A stretch of 63,423 nucleotides of DNA, counting the filler, from Lenisia limosa (Eukaryota; Protista; Breviatea), in assembly GCA_001655205.1 (NCBI GenBank). It is 10 parts of 10 records of this genome, joined end to end, with 100 filler letters (N's around TTAATTAATTAA, not from the genome) between each part and the next. Parts side by side here need not be neighbours in the genome. Positions count along the whole stretch, not along the records: positions 35,074 to 44,113 come from LPNZ01005936.1; positions 44,214 to 46,884 come from LPNZ01011187.1; positions 46,985 to 51,687 come from LPNZ01009563.1; 7 more parts are not named here. The stretch is one strand, 5' to 3'. Under the pieces are notes generated by a model. It made no database searches, was not told where the DNA came from, and saw nothing but the letters and a program-made list of their open reading frames with translations. The translations under genes were made by a program, and so were the position numbers. Below, one piece after another: positions 35,091 through 47,210 of the stretch (positions are counted from its first letter, which is position 1; the number at the start of each line of letters is the position of its first letter).

Positions 35091-38000
35091 GTGTCACCCC
35101 GTTCCGTGCCGCCTTTTGTGTCGTCGCTTCTGTTGACCCAAGACGAGTGGGGGGGAGGGGGACTGAATATTCAAATAGTGCTCTGTAAAGATATATTGAT
35201 GATCATTGTCCAAACTTACCAGAAATTGTCAACATTAACCGAGGATTTATCGAGAAATTTAGTATTTTTCGGTACCGTAGGAAAGCCCTAACCATTACAG
35301 ACAGCCCGCGATCCCTGAATTGGGCACCTTCACGCTCCCGATGCTCCAAGCCAATACTGATACTCTCAGGTGGGGGGGTTCACAGGTGTGTATGGGTTTG
35401 CCTGGGTTGTTTATTTCTCAAAAACCTGTGCTAGAGAAGCGACTGCCCTGGGCTTTGTTTGTTTTGTTGTTCTCNNNNNNNNNNNNNNNNNNNNNNNNNN
35501 NNNNNNNNNNNNNNNNNNNNNNNNNNNNNNNNNNNNNNNNNNNNNNNNNNNNNNNNNNNNNNNNNNNNNNNNNNNNNNNNNNNNNNAGGCCGAATCCGAG
35601 GCGGTTTTTACAGGCGTTTCAAAGGAAGGTTTGTTGGCTTTTTGTACGTTTGCAGGTAGCAAAATACATATCATTTAAAGGGCTTCACTTTGGTTCGAAA
35701 AAAGACTGAATTTCTCGATAAAACCTCGAAAACTATCGATATTTTATCAGTCTTTTTCGAGCCGAAGTGAAGCCCTACATACATATATTACATATTTTCA
35801 TACATATCATCCATATCATATCTATAAAACATAATGTTAACAGCAATCACTATCGAGGGGTGTGTCACACTATCGAGGGGTACACCTTTATCCCGCTTTT
35901 TGATAGATTGTGTGAACAACTTTTCCTCCATGCAGTGAAGCCTCTTATTCTCTTATTGTTTGTCATCTTGCAGAGGATGAGGCCCCTTTTTCGCAGCCGC
36001 TTTTCTCACAACTTTCGCTGGATCTTTCTGAAGAGGTAGGGTAATGGTGGAATTTATCTTTGTGCAAGACAATTAGGCCTTCCCTACGGTCCCAAAAAGT
36101 CTGAATTCTTGATATATCTGATTAACATCGACATTTCAGTCCATATGGAGCCCTAAAGATAATGTGTATTTATTTAATAGGGACAGCATGATTACGTTTG
36201 TAGTCATCATCATAGTGAGATAACCATTTTACATACACCTAGTTTTGATAGGAAAGAGTAACTGCGGTAAGTTCTGCTAAGATTGACTAAGATAAAGCTC
36301 AATATCCGTGTCAGGACTTATCGAGGTCAGAGTCCATACATATTTGAGTAGAGTTCTATCTGACCTTTTAAGGACACAGTTCCGACCACAGCTGTTGCTT
36401 CAATCCCCCCAAACAATCCAGTTCTCCCCTCTCTTGTCCCCTCCGCCTCCGCCTCCAGCCCAGCTGAAGACTCATTGAGGCAGCCAAAATTCGATGGCTC
36501 GTCTGAAGAGGGCAAGGAGTCTTCTTTCATTGACAAGGCAAATCCGTTTTCTTTGAAGGAGGACGTAGAGTCTTCCTCCATCCTGGGGGAGAAGTCCTCT
36601 GCTGTCATGGAGGAGGGCTGCAGTGATGTGTCCATTGAAGGAAAGAACAAAGAAAAGCCCCACAAAGTAGCAGCAGAAGAACAAAAAGAAGAAGAACGAG
36701 AAGAAGAAGAACACGACGTACAACAAAAAGTACAAGAAGAAGAACAAGAACAAGAACAGGAAGAAGGAGCCAAGCCCTCAGCTTCGGAGCCACGCTCACG
36801 CCCCCTCTTCACCAGTCCCAGCGACGACGCCCTTGATAAAGCTCTCCACAGCTTCCACACCCACTCTTTCAACACAGAGTCCGCCGTCGTTCTCACCGAG
36901 GAACTGCCGGCCACATCGCTGTCCGGAGGAACAGTGTCGAAAAAGGAAAGCTATCCACTTGCCGAAGCTGTCATCTTGCCAAAAAAGGAAGGTCATGACG
37001 AAGCGGATATCATGTCGGAAGTTTCGTCGGAAGCAGATGAATTGGACCAGAATTCGTTTGCTTCTGAGGTGGTTCCGCCAACCTTGCCCGAAGACTTACT
37101 CTTTGGTGGAAACTCCTTTGATGTGGTTTTGGACCGAGCCATGCCCTCCAATGGTTGGGAGGGGGGGGGGGTACCCTAAGGAGGGAAGATGGGGGGANNN
37201 NNNNNNNNNNNNNNNNNNNNNNNNNNNNNNNNNNNNNNNNNNNNNNNNNNNNNNNNAATTCTGATAAATCCTTGATAAATCCTTGATAAATTGGATACCT
37301 AGTATTTCATATTGACTTACCTTTTTTCATATGTCTTATCAATGGGATTTGTGATACTTCTCTCTGAATAATCCACTTCTTTCCACTCTTACCTTTACCA
37401 GCCCCCTCTACCTCCATGAACCAAGAATCCCCAAATCCTCAATCTCCAGCTGACATGGTGTCTGTCCCCCCCACGCAGCCAAGCCCCATGTCGTCCCAGG
37501 GGTCCCCGGGGGACCTGGTTTCCTCCCTCCTTGCCACACCGCAAAACCTCGAGGTCGAGCCTAATCGTTCCATTTCCGCCCAGAGCATCCCCAATCCTAT
37601 TGACCAGGATCAGGATCTGGTCAAAGATCGAACTGTCATGGTGACACAACTTGCCACCCAGGTCTCACCGGGTGGGTTGGTGTTGTCAGAATCTAATCAG
37701 GAGAATAGTGGGGCAGGCACCCCCCAGAATCCTTTTTCTTCATTATCCATTCCCACCACCATCGACGTGGTTCAGAGTAATGAGAAGGAATCACAGGACG
37801 GGAAGAGTGAGAAAAACAACGAAAGCAACGTTGTTGTCATTGCCACACCAGGTGATTTGCAGGAAAAAGCGGGTGACAGTGCAACCAAGTCTCCAACTGC
37901 AGAAATACCAGTAATAGAAAAGACGACTGTTGGAAATACTCCACATCATATTGGGGTTGATAGTGGTGAGCAAACCGAAGAAAAAGACGAAAACAATGAG

Positions 38001-41000
38001 GTAGAGAAAGAAGATGAGCAAAGCAGAAAAGAGGAAAAGCCGAGTTTGAAAGAAACGGACGTAATTACCCCTTTGCTCCCCTTACCAAGCCCGAGTTTAT
38101 TTGATGAAGCGCGTACTCTTGACATTCCCAATGTAAGAGCTATTGGTTTTTCTGTTGCTTTTGGCTTTGTTTGTTTTGTTGCTGGGCTTCTTTGTTTAAA
38201 ACCCCCACTTATCCTCTCAGAAGTCCCCTGCCAAATCTGAGGTAATGTCCCCGTCAGTGGTCACGCCACCATCGTCACCCAAAATTTCCCCTCAAAGTGT
38301 AGGCAGTTTATGTTTTGNNNNNNNNNNNNNNNNNNNNNNNNNNNNNNNNNNNNNNNNNNNNNNNNNNNNNNNNNNNNNNNNNNNNNNNNNNNNNNNNNNN
38401 NNNNNNNNNNNNNNNNNNNNATGTTTCTTAAATGTTCCAACCCACTAGACCCCCGTTGCTACCCCTGCCTCTCCAATCGGCCTCACTACACCTCCAAGGA
38501 AGGCCCTAGTGAAACCGTTCACCTCCCCCGTCCATAGCCCCCTTAGACACAAGTCACTACTGTCAACCCAGGTACATCTTTTAGTGATTGAGTTCCCCCT
38601 CATACCCAGCTTCGTCTGAGGCATAATGCATTGCAATTAAATAGCTTTAGTATTTACAGTGACCAGGATAATAAGTCTTCACTGTACATGTACATAGCAA
38701 ATGTAAATTAAATCGGTCAAGACTTATCTGGGCACTGTATATAGTAGGATGTTTTGATAATAGTACGCGGCACGGGATATCAGGTCATTCCACTCTTGGG
38801 TGTAATGGTCTTTGATATTGATATCAAGGGCTTCCCCGTGGTCCCAAAAAGACTGAATTACTCAACAAATCCTTGATAAATATCGGTATTTTTTGTTTTT
38901 TTTCAGACTATATGGTTGGTTCAGTAGTTCAGTTCAGTTCAGTTCTTTTTATTTTCCAGGTTTTAGCTGCATTGGAAGATGATGAAGAGGAAGCACCTAC
39001 ACATCACATTTTTGCTGACGAGGATGCTGAACTGTGGGGGTGATATTTGTTCTTCAATTTGGGTGAACTTTGAGAGGGATTGAGTTTCACTCTAATCAAT
39101 AGCACTCTTATTAGCGCCTCACGTCGGTTCGAAAATACTCGGGAAAATATCGATAGTTTTCGAGGATTTAGCAAGACATTCAGTCTTTTTTCGAACCGAA
39201 GCCCCAGCTCTGATACAAAGACCAAAATCGAAGAACAACCCTCCAGAAACACTCTTCATGTCATGTTTCTCACCCCTGCCACATGGGGCCTCATTGTTCC
39301 GTTTCATATGATCAAGGGTGTAGTATATGACATCCATTTTTACTCCGAAGGGACGAAATGAGCACGCAGCCTATGACAGCGAACGGACTTCCAAAATCTG
39401 GGTCCCGAACCAACTTGAGAGGGGGATCTAGGTGAGGAATAGGGGTAGAGACAGCTCTTCAATTTAAGACGAAATTCCATTAGTATGACCCTCATACTCC
39501 ATCCCCCCCTCCCGCAGCAATGCCCCCTTTTTTTTGTTCCAAAGCGTACATTTTCACCTCCCCCCACCCAGGGTACCGTCACGGGGTCCCTCACGAACGG
39601 GGTCACCGCCTGACCTGGCCAATCCCTTCCTCAGTGGCCGTAATGCGTCAGGACTCTTCAACCCCTTCGCGTCATCATCGGCAGCAGTGGACAAGTCCGG
39701 GGCCGAAGAGCGTTCACAACTTGTGCCTGAAATTTGTGATAGTGCGCGCGGGGGGGGGGGGTTATGCCTGAGATATGACTCATTTTAACATCAAAAAAAT
39801 GACCCAAATTAATAGCATTAATAATAACCCAACTTAATAGCATTAATAATGACCCAACTCAGACTCGACAATCGAAGACCATAATGATGACATGTTTGCA
39901 TTTTCCTCACAGCCCGTCCCGCGGAACCAGCCAGTCGGTTTTCTCTTCGGGTCCCAGGTCAGAGATGTTTAGTGTGACACATATAATAACACTGTTGTCA
40001 ATAATCTCAGAAATGAAATATTGATAAAGCTGTAAACAACATGCTTGTAAATAAACAGGGTGACTCAGATTTGGCTTTTTTGCTGATATTGTTTTCAGAG
40101 ATCTAGATGTCGTCAACAACAACAACATCATCATCACCATCACCATCATCACCACCATCATCATCATCATTCATCACCATCATCATCATCATCACCATCA
40201 TTGTTGTATTTATCATCACCACCACCACCATCATCATCACTTTCTTATGTCATCATCATCATCATTCATCGTCATCTTACCGCGATGTAGAAATCAACAG
40301 ACAACCTCACAGCCTTCGAGCAGCAGCTTTCGCAGGAGGTGGTTAATCGAAGAATCTCTCCAAGAAAACCTGCTTCTCAGGTAGCGATTCACTTTCGGTT
40401 CCACATTGACTACATTTTCGATTAAATCCTCGATAAATATCGATATTTTCCATGCATTTTGTGACCAAAAGCACAACTCTCAGGTTGGACCGATGTTGAG
40501 ACGCTAGATATTATTTTGCGGAATCGTAATTGAGAAAGCAATCTTATTCAGTTTGATATTATTACCTGTTCAAACAAAAGAGCTTTATATGATACAATAA
40601 AATGGTTTGTATGTTGAAACAGTGATGANNNNNNNNNNNNNNNNNNNNNNNNNNNNNNNNNNNNNNNNNNNNNNNNNNNNNNNNNNNNNNNNNNNNNNNN
40701 NNNNNNNNNNNNNNNNNNNNNNNNNNNNNNNNNNNNNNNNNNNNNNNNNNCTCAACTCACACGTCTCCGCGTCGGATATGGAGTCCCCAGGTAGCCCCGT
40801 TCGCACTCAGAAAAAGGTGGGGACTCGGATTTGCCTGGTTCTTCATATTCCATTAGTAGCGCTAAATGCCCGTAAAACTCCCTAAAACTCTCTATTTGTA
40901 AATATCCCTTCCGAAATTCCCATAAAACCCCAGGGTGCCGTCCCACAGTCCCCTCTTCGACCAAAAACCAGAAACCAAGCCAAAAATACCCCTCCTTCTG

Positions 41001-42172
41001 TGAGTTGTGCGATTGTTAAAGAAGTTATATCTGGTGTACAATACAAACCTTCAGGATACAGTTACGCTTATAAGATTGGAACATCAAATCATACATATTA
41101 TAGTAATAGTATCTCACCATCATTTGTCGCTCTGTGTACACAGCTTTCTGTGTGTCTTCCCAAGTACAAAACAATGCATGTTGCGTTGTAAGTTTTGCTG
41201 TTTTTAACCCTCCCCCTGTGTTTGCTGTTTTCAACCCTCGTGTGTTTTTTAACTGTTTTCAACCCTCGTGTGTAGCCAGCAGATTCTGTTCTTTTACAGT
41301 TATACTCCAACAACTAATTCATTAGCGACAACCCTCCAACAATCCCCCTTCCGATTATCATGACTCCCTCCAGAAGCCAAGTAAAAGTCGCATTACTCCC
41401 TCAAAGCCGCCCAAGTCGCCCAAGCCTAAGAAAACNNNNNNNNNNNNNNNNNNNNNNNNNNNNNNNNNNNNNNNNNNNNNNNNNNNNNNNNNNNNNNNNN
41501 NNNNNNNNNNNNNNNNNNNNNNNNNNNNNNNNNNNNNNNNNNNNNNNNNNNNNNNNNNNNNNNNNCTCTGTTGGCTAGCAACAAGGGTTGTGAACAACGG
41601 AACAAACAAAGCCAAATAAACAAAAAAAAGCACAGTCCCGTTGCTTCTTCAGCACCAAGGGGGTGGGGATAAGACTCAGCACCAAGGGGGTGGGGATATA
41701 ATGCATTCCTTCTCTTTGGTTCGAAAAAGAACAAGAACAGAATATCAATGTTTATCATAGATATGCCAACTAAATCAGTCTTTTTACGAGCACAGGGAAG
41801 GCTTTTTAACACTCCTCGTCATGAGCTTTTATTTACTCTAAGAAAATTTCTTACTTTATTTTTTATTTCTCAATATATATTTACTCGGTTAGAAAAGGGG
41901 CCGAAGCGGACCAATCATCAACGTCTCCCCGGATGCACCCGTTTCCCCCTCCCCGCCACCAAAGGTACCCGGGTTTTAGTATTATTATTACCCTGTTTTC
42001 ATACATACAATAACAATAACAACATCACACCACCACAATCATGATCATCAACAACATCATCATCATCAACATCATCATCAACGTCATCATCATCATCATC
42101 ATCAATATTTAGTCAGCTCTCCGCCGAGGGACCTCTAAAGCCCCCGACATCATTTGGAACGAGGACTTGTAG
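35091..42172 (+). CDS. Large, mostly disordered acidic/Ser-Pro-rich protein with two NPF motifs, 5'-partial
   Basis: Long exons 36373-~37170 and ~37400-38140 (E/S/P-rich) plus many phase-compatible small exons; DLANPFLSGRNASGLFNPFA near 39620-39670; probable last exon LRRGTSKAPDIIWNEDL* ends 42172. Confidence 0.65.
35678..35777. mobile_element. MITE family M1 copy (full length)
   Basis: GGGCTTCACTTTGGTTCGAAAAAAGACTGAATTTCTCGATAAA...TTTTTCGAGCCGAAGTGAAGCCC-TA. Confidence 0.9.
36074..36155. mobile_element. MITE family M1 copy (old, degenerate)
   Basis: TAGGCCTTCCCTACGGTCCCAAAAAGTCTGAATTCTTGAT...GGAGCCCTA. Confidence 0.55.
38655..38739. mobile_element. Tc1-type MITE family M2 copy
   Basis: TA CAGTGACCAGGATA...GACTTATCTGGGCACTG TA. 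Confidence 0.75.
39112..39205. mobile_element. MITE family M1 copy
   Basis: TAGCGCCTCACGTCGGTTCGAAAA...TCAGTCTTTTTTCGAACCGAAG. Confidence 0.75.
40110..40275 (+). repeat. (CAT/CAC)n compound microsatellite, intronic
   Basis: Direct reading of the sequence. Confidence 0.9.
42010..42105 (+). repeat. (AAC/CAT)n compound microsatellite, intronic
   Basis: Direct reading of the sequence. Confidence 0.85.
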
Positions 42173-42569
42173 GAGGATATGATATGAGAGGAACACACTT
42201 TTTAAGAAAGATATTAAATAAAACCTAGGGGGTACTTCAAGTGTTTTCTACTAAAAACACAATTATTGCTCAATGTATTGCAAAAAGTCCTGAAATCTAT
42301 TAAATACATTCTGGTGGTTCAAATATCCTTTAACAACATCTTTATTTGAAATGAAGGAATTCAAAAATTGAGACATTAATTGTGATAATTTGGATATCTT
42401 ATTGTGACATTTGGATATCTTATTGTAAAACAGCAATTTCCTTGATATGCATTTTTATTGTTTTTATGCTTATTTTTTGACTTTTGACAGAATCTTCTAC
42501 AAATATGATATGATCTATCATCACAGTAGACATGGCATATTTTGTTAATTTGTCCATAGTTTCTTGCTA

Positions 42570-44006
42570 ACCCTCCTGCAACTAATCGAAAAGTTGCGCG
42601 AATTGCAGCGAAGAGGTACCCCGCCTGATGAAGTATAAAGTGAAGGGGGGTCCGTGCTATTAATTTATCAATTGGTTTGAAATTTGAATTGAGACCTATT
42701 GTAACGAGAACGCCATTTCAGACACTTTCATTTCTAATTTTGTCAATTAATTTCATCAACATTTCCCTCATAAGTATAAAATTGAGNNNNNNNNNNNNNN
42801 NNNNNNNNNNNNNNNNNNNNNNNNNNNNNNNNNNNNATCCCTTTCCCCTCCCCGTTTTTGACTTGGGTATAGGGCCAGCTTCCCGACGACGTTTTGCCTC
42901 CAATTGAAAGCAAGCCCCTGGATGCCGACCCCTATCCCATGGAGGTGTGGTGATGTTGTTGTTGTTGTTGATGATATTCTTTGTTTTCTATTTCTGCACC
43001 ACCCAGAAGCGACTAGCCTGAGCTTTGTTTGTTTTGGTGTTTTCAACTCTCAGCCTATAGAGTTGATTTTGGGGTTCTTTCTGTTTCACAATATTACATT
43101 TTACCCCCCCCCCCTCACAGCTTCGGCCGAGAGTTCTCTTCAAAGTCTGTCGGCCTTGTTACGCGACTCTTACTGCACGGAAGTGGGGGAGGGATTTGAA
43201 GGGGAGAAAGTAAGCCAAAAACATTTCTGTTTTTGACAATGTTGGTTTGTCCATACTCAATTTTTTTTACACTTGTTACGAATTTACCTGTTTACGCATT
43301 TAGGAACACCAATGGCAGGCTGAGTTTTATAGGTGAGCTCTGGGCTCAGTATAATTATGAGTAATAATTGTTATTATTATAATCTTCCAAATCTGTCAAT
43401 ATTTTCGAAAATATTAATTACAACCTTGGGTATTAGATGGGACTGAATGGAAGATTATGTGAAGATTAATGTTTCAATTTGCCTCCACCCCCTCACTTCC
43501 GCTCACCTTCCAGCCCCCATGTTTGTTCCCCGGAGTAGGGCTGATAACCTGGTTATTACTGGCATGATGGCGCGAGGGAGGAGGTGGGGGGGGGGATTAT
43601 CTATATAACCGCCTGACTCTAAGATCCTAGCTTCAATAGAGACTTTATATTTGGTAACAGTGGGAGTGATATTGTTTCAATTTTGTTACTGCTTGTTTAT
43701 GTTTTGTTTTTTTTTGTTTAGAGTTTCACATTATTCGGTTCTTAAATAGTACTGTTAAGCCAATATTTTCATCAAGATTTCCTTCGTTTTACTCCCCATT
43801 AACACCCATAGTCCCAATGTCAACATTTTCGTTTTTTTGTTTATTTTTCGATATCTAATTTTCCCCATATAGACACCCCATAGTCCCCATGCCGACACTA
43901 TCCGAGCTGTCAGCCCTCTCTCCCGAACCCGTCGTGGGACAAAAAGTTCTACCAAGCCCCGTAAAAGCCGCTAAAAAGGCGCCCTCTCCTTCTAAAGTGA
44001 GGGGTA
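42570..44006 (+). CDS. Hypothetical multi-exon gene fragment with a CxxC (KVCRPCY) motif; may continue across linker 5
   Basis: Exon-like blocks QLIEKLRELQRR, GQLPDDVLPPIESKPLDADPYPME, LRPRVLFKVCRPCYATLTARK, PTLSELSALSPEP...KKAPSPSK with GT/AG borders. Confidence 0.45.
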
Positions 44007-44113
44007 TATATATCATATTATAGTATTGTGGTCACTGTAAATCATATCAGATATGTATTATATATACATGTATATATAGCTATATGATATGCTTATGATA
44101 CTATCATTATACC

Positions 44114-44213
44114 NNNNNNNNNNNNNNNNNNNNNNNNNNNNNNNNNNNNNNNNNNNNTTAATTAATTAANNNNNNNNNNNNNNNNNNNNNNNNNNNNNNN
44201 NNNNNNNNNNNNN
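44114..44213. other. Artificial contig linker 5
   Basis: 44N-TTAATTAATTAA(44158-44169)-44N. Confidence 0.97.
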
Positions 44214-44230
44214 CCCCCCCCCCCCCCAAG

Positions 44231-46809
44231 GCTGATAACTCCACAAAGACCTCACCTCTCGCCAAGATTCTGGACTCTCCAAAAGACGAAGAAGGTGGGT
44301 AGTTGCCTTTTTTGGATGTGACTTGATTTTTATCTGTTTTATGATTATTATGTTTTTTTATGGTGAAGTTTTTGTTTCACCTTATATTCTCATTTTTACC
44401 CCCCCCCCCNNNNNNNNNNNNNNNNNNNNNNNNNNNNNNNNNNNNNNNNNNNNNNNNNNNNNNNNNNNNNNNNNNNNNNNNNNNNNNNNNNNNNNNNNNN
44501 NNNNNNNNNNNNNNNNNNNNNNNNNNNNNNNNNNNTCGCCCCTCATCCACGGCTCTGACTTGGTACTGGCGTCTTGCCACGTAAGCCCCGGGTCCTTCTA
44601 AAAACTCTCTCCTTCTTTCCTCTAGTTGTATCTAGGGCTTCACTTTGGTTCGAAAAAAACCGATAGTTTTCGAGGATTTATCGAGAAATTCAGTCTTTTT
44701 TCGAACCGAAGTGAAGCTCTATTTGTATCTTATAGTTTTGAGATCCCCCCCTCCTCTTCAGTTTTATTTAATTATTTTAGGATTTTTTGTTTATTAATTT
44801 GTTTCATCCACATGACTTGGTATTGCTCTTATACCCACCACCACCACATCATATTATAACTTTATTTGTTTGGAGTTTCAGATTATATACTTCGTGATTA
44901 GTACCTTTACGCCAAAAGTCCTTATCGAAATTTCCTTCGTTTTACACCCCCCCCCCCACCCCCCACACACACTATATCTAAGTTCTCACTATTTTAGTTG
45001 AAATGGCGGAGAGTNNNNNNNNNNNNNNNNNNNNNNNNNNNNNNNNNNNNNNNNNNNNNNNNNNNNNNNNNNNNNNNNNNNNNNNNNNNNNNNNNNNNNN
45101 CGATCTGGTTGTTCCTCTGCCCGCTGTGAAGGTGTCGGTAGCGGCATTCGGCCTGACTGTTGGTATGCGGGGGGGGGGAGGGGAGATTTCTCTTCTGCTT
45201 ATTCGTTTGCTCTTTTCAACTAAGAAGTAGTCCAAAACAATAATCGGTATCATATATTATACTACTATATACATATGATGATCTTGATCGTATCACCGCT
45301 CTGTACAGTGGCATCTAGCTAAGACTGGCTTGAGTAATATTCAGGTGATACATAGTTACATCAATTAAAAACGATCAAGATATAAAGCAGTAAGAGATAA
45401 ATAGCAGTAATAATATATAAGTTTGAAAAAAAGCAGAGAATGTTACATACCGAGTTGACTGCAGCATTCAACAGCTCCTGAAGGTCCATTCGGAAGTAAT
45501 CAGCCATTGGTTTTTCTCAGCTCATCAAGTTGGCCACAGCAGACATCGGGCTGAATATAATCAGTTTATCAGAAGTTTACACGAGTAAAAACTATGAACA
45601 AAAAGGATATTCAGAAACCTGGTACAAACCATGTAGATTTCAGTTGAATCATAATTTAATTAATAATTGATCAAAGAATTTAAAGACCAACTTTTGACTT
45701 GAGAACCAGCGCTTGTATATTGATTAAAGTCTGAAACTCCGCTGCACTGAATGGACATATTAAGTTTCTTTTACAAAATAAATTGTTTATACACTGTCAC
45801 AGGGCAGAGCTGTCGTCTGATATTTTCAGTCACTCTGTTCTCTGCCCCCCCCCCCTTACTACTGTTATTTTATTTTATTTTGTTATTTTTTACTGCGATA
45901 TTAATTTAATTTGGAATTCTTTCACCCTATGTTTGTAATTGCGTTTTTCTGTTTTTGGTTTCAGCTTTTTCGCGTGGAGTATNNNNNNNNNNNNNNNNNN
46001 NNNNNNNNNNNNNNNNNNNNNNNNNNNNNNNNNNNNNNNNNNNNNTTTACCCTCCCACCCAGATTACCCGGCCGAGTGGCGAATGGGGCACTCAACGAAT
46101 CTGATGTACAAAATCCGCAACAACACCAGCACACTCCAGGTACGTGCTTTCGTAGGAGTTTATAGCCGCGTTATCATCATAGTTTATAGTATTATATTAA
46201 ATAAATGCTTTTTATTACATTTTACATGTTTACAAAGAGTTTACTCCGATGTTTGATTTTATTTGACATTTCAGATCATCGCGGTGCGGACAAAGCCCTC
46301 GTCAGACTTCAACATTCAGGGCCTTACTGAAAGTAGGAACTTGGGCTCTTCCAATAATCAATAATGGTGGCCTTTTTTGAGCCTCTTTGCTCAAATGTGA
46401 TCAAAGTAGTATTTTCATGGAAAAATAAAAATAGATGCATTTTTTGCAACTACAGAAGTTTTTACTAAAATGTGAGATATTACGATATGAGGTGATTTCG
46501 GATTTGTCGATATTAGAATTTTTTTACAAATATGATGTCGGAATTTTAATTTTTGTATTCTTAGGATTTTTTACTATAATAAGGACGACATCTAACATAT
46601 GTCTACGGCTTGGATCAGATTCTCCTAGTTTAATTATTTAAAAAGAAAACACAGTTCAAAATCGTCTTTCATTATCATTATTGTTCCAAAAATATAGATA
46701 CAGATAGTATATATCACAAAAAATGACATCTTCAGCGAAAATTGCGATTTTGCCCTACTGCGACTCTTCATTGGAGTACGCCATGACCCCAAGGAAGGCC
46801 GGACAGAGG
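44231..46809 (+). CDS. TRAPPC11: TRAPPC11 (Gryzun)-like C-terminal region, partial
   Basis: DLVVPLPAVKVSVAAFGLTV|DYPAEWRMGHSTNLMYKIRNNTSTLQ|IIAVRTKPSSDFNIQGLTE|TKIAILPYCDSSLEYAMTPRKAGQR parallels the TRAPPC11 C-terminal pattern LP.V.V....L.V..D.P......L.VKY.L.N.T...Q......PSD.F...GL....L.ILP......Y...P..AG as I recall it. Confidence 0.7.
44633..44721. mobile_element. MITE family M1 copy
   Basis: TA-GGGCTTCACTTTGGTTCGAAAAAA...TTTTTCGAACCGAAGTGAAGCTC-TA. Confidence 0.9.
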
Positions 46810-46884
46810 GTGGGGGATCTAAGGTCTTTGTTTCTCTTCTGTATCGTTTCAAAGACTGTGTTTTACACTCCGCCCTCATGCGGT

Positions 46885-46984
46885 NNNNNNNNNNNNNNNN
46901 NNNNNNNNNNNNNNNNNNNNNNNNNNNNTTAATTAATTAANNNNNNNNNNNNNNNNNNNNNNNNNNNNNNNNNNNNNNNNNNNN
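46885..46984. other. Artificial contig linker 6
   Basis: 44N-TTAATTAATTAA(46929-46940)-44N. Confidence 0.97.
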
Positions 46985-47210
46985 AGTCCCCTGTTCCTTA
47001 ATCACCCTATTGAAGGTTTGACTTCTGTCGAAAGAATGAAATTCTTGATAAACCTTCATAACAACGATATTTCCAGTATTTTTCAAACTGAAGTGAAGCC
47101 ATTAACTCTCTTTTCTCCTACCATCTATTCCTAACCTGTCCTTAACTATTCCTTACCCCCCCCCCCCCANNNNNNNNNNNNNNNNNNNNNNNNNNNNNNN
47201 NNNNNNNNNN

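Noticed and set aside
36327-36914. 195-aa minus-strand ORF (and other antisense ORFs at 37395-38131)
   Set aside because: Antisense shadow of the long acidic + strand exons.
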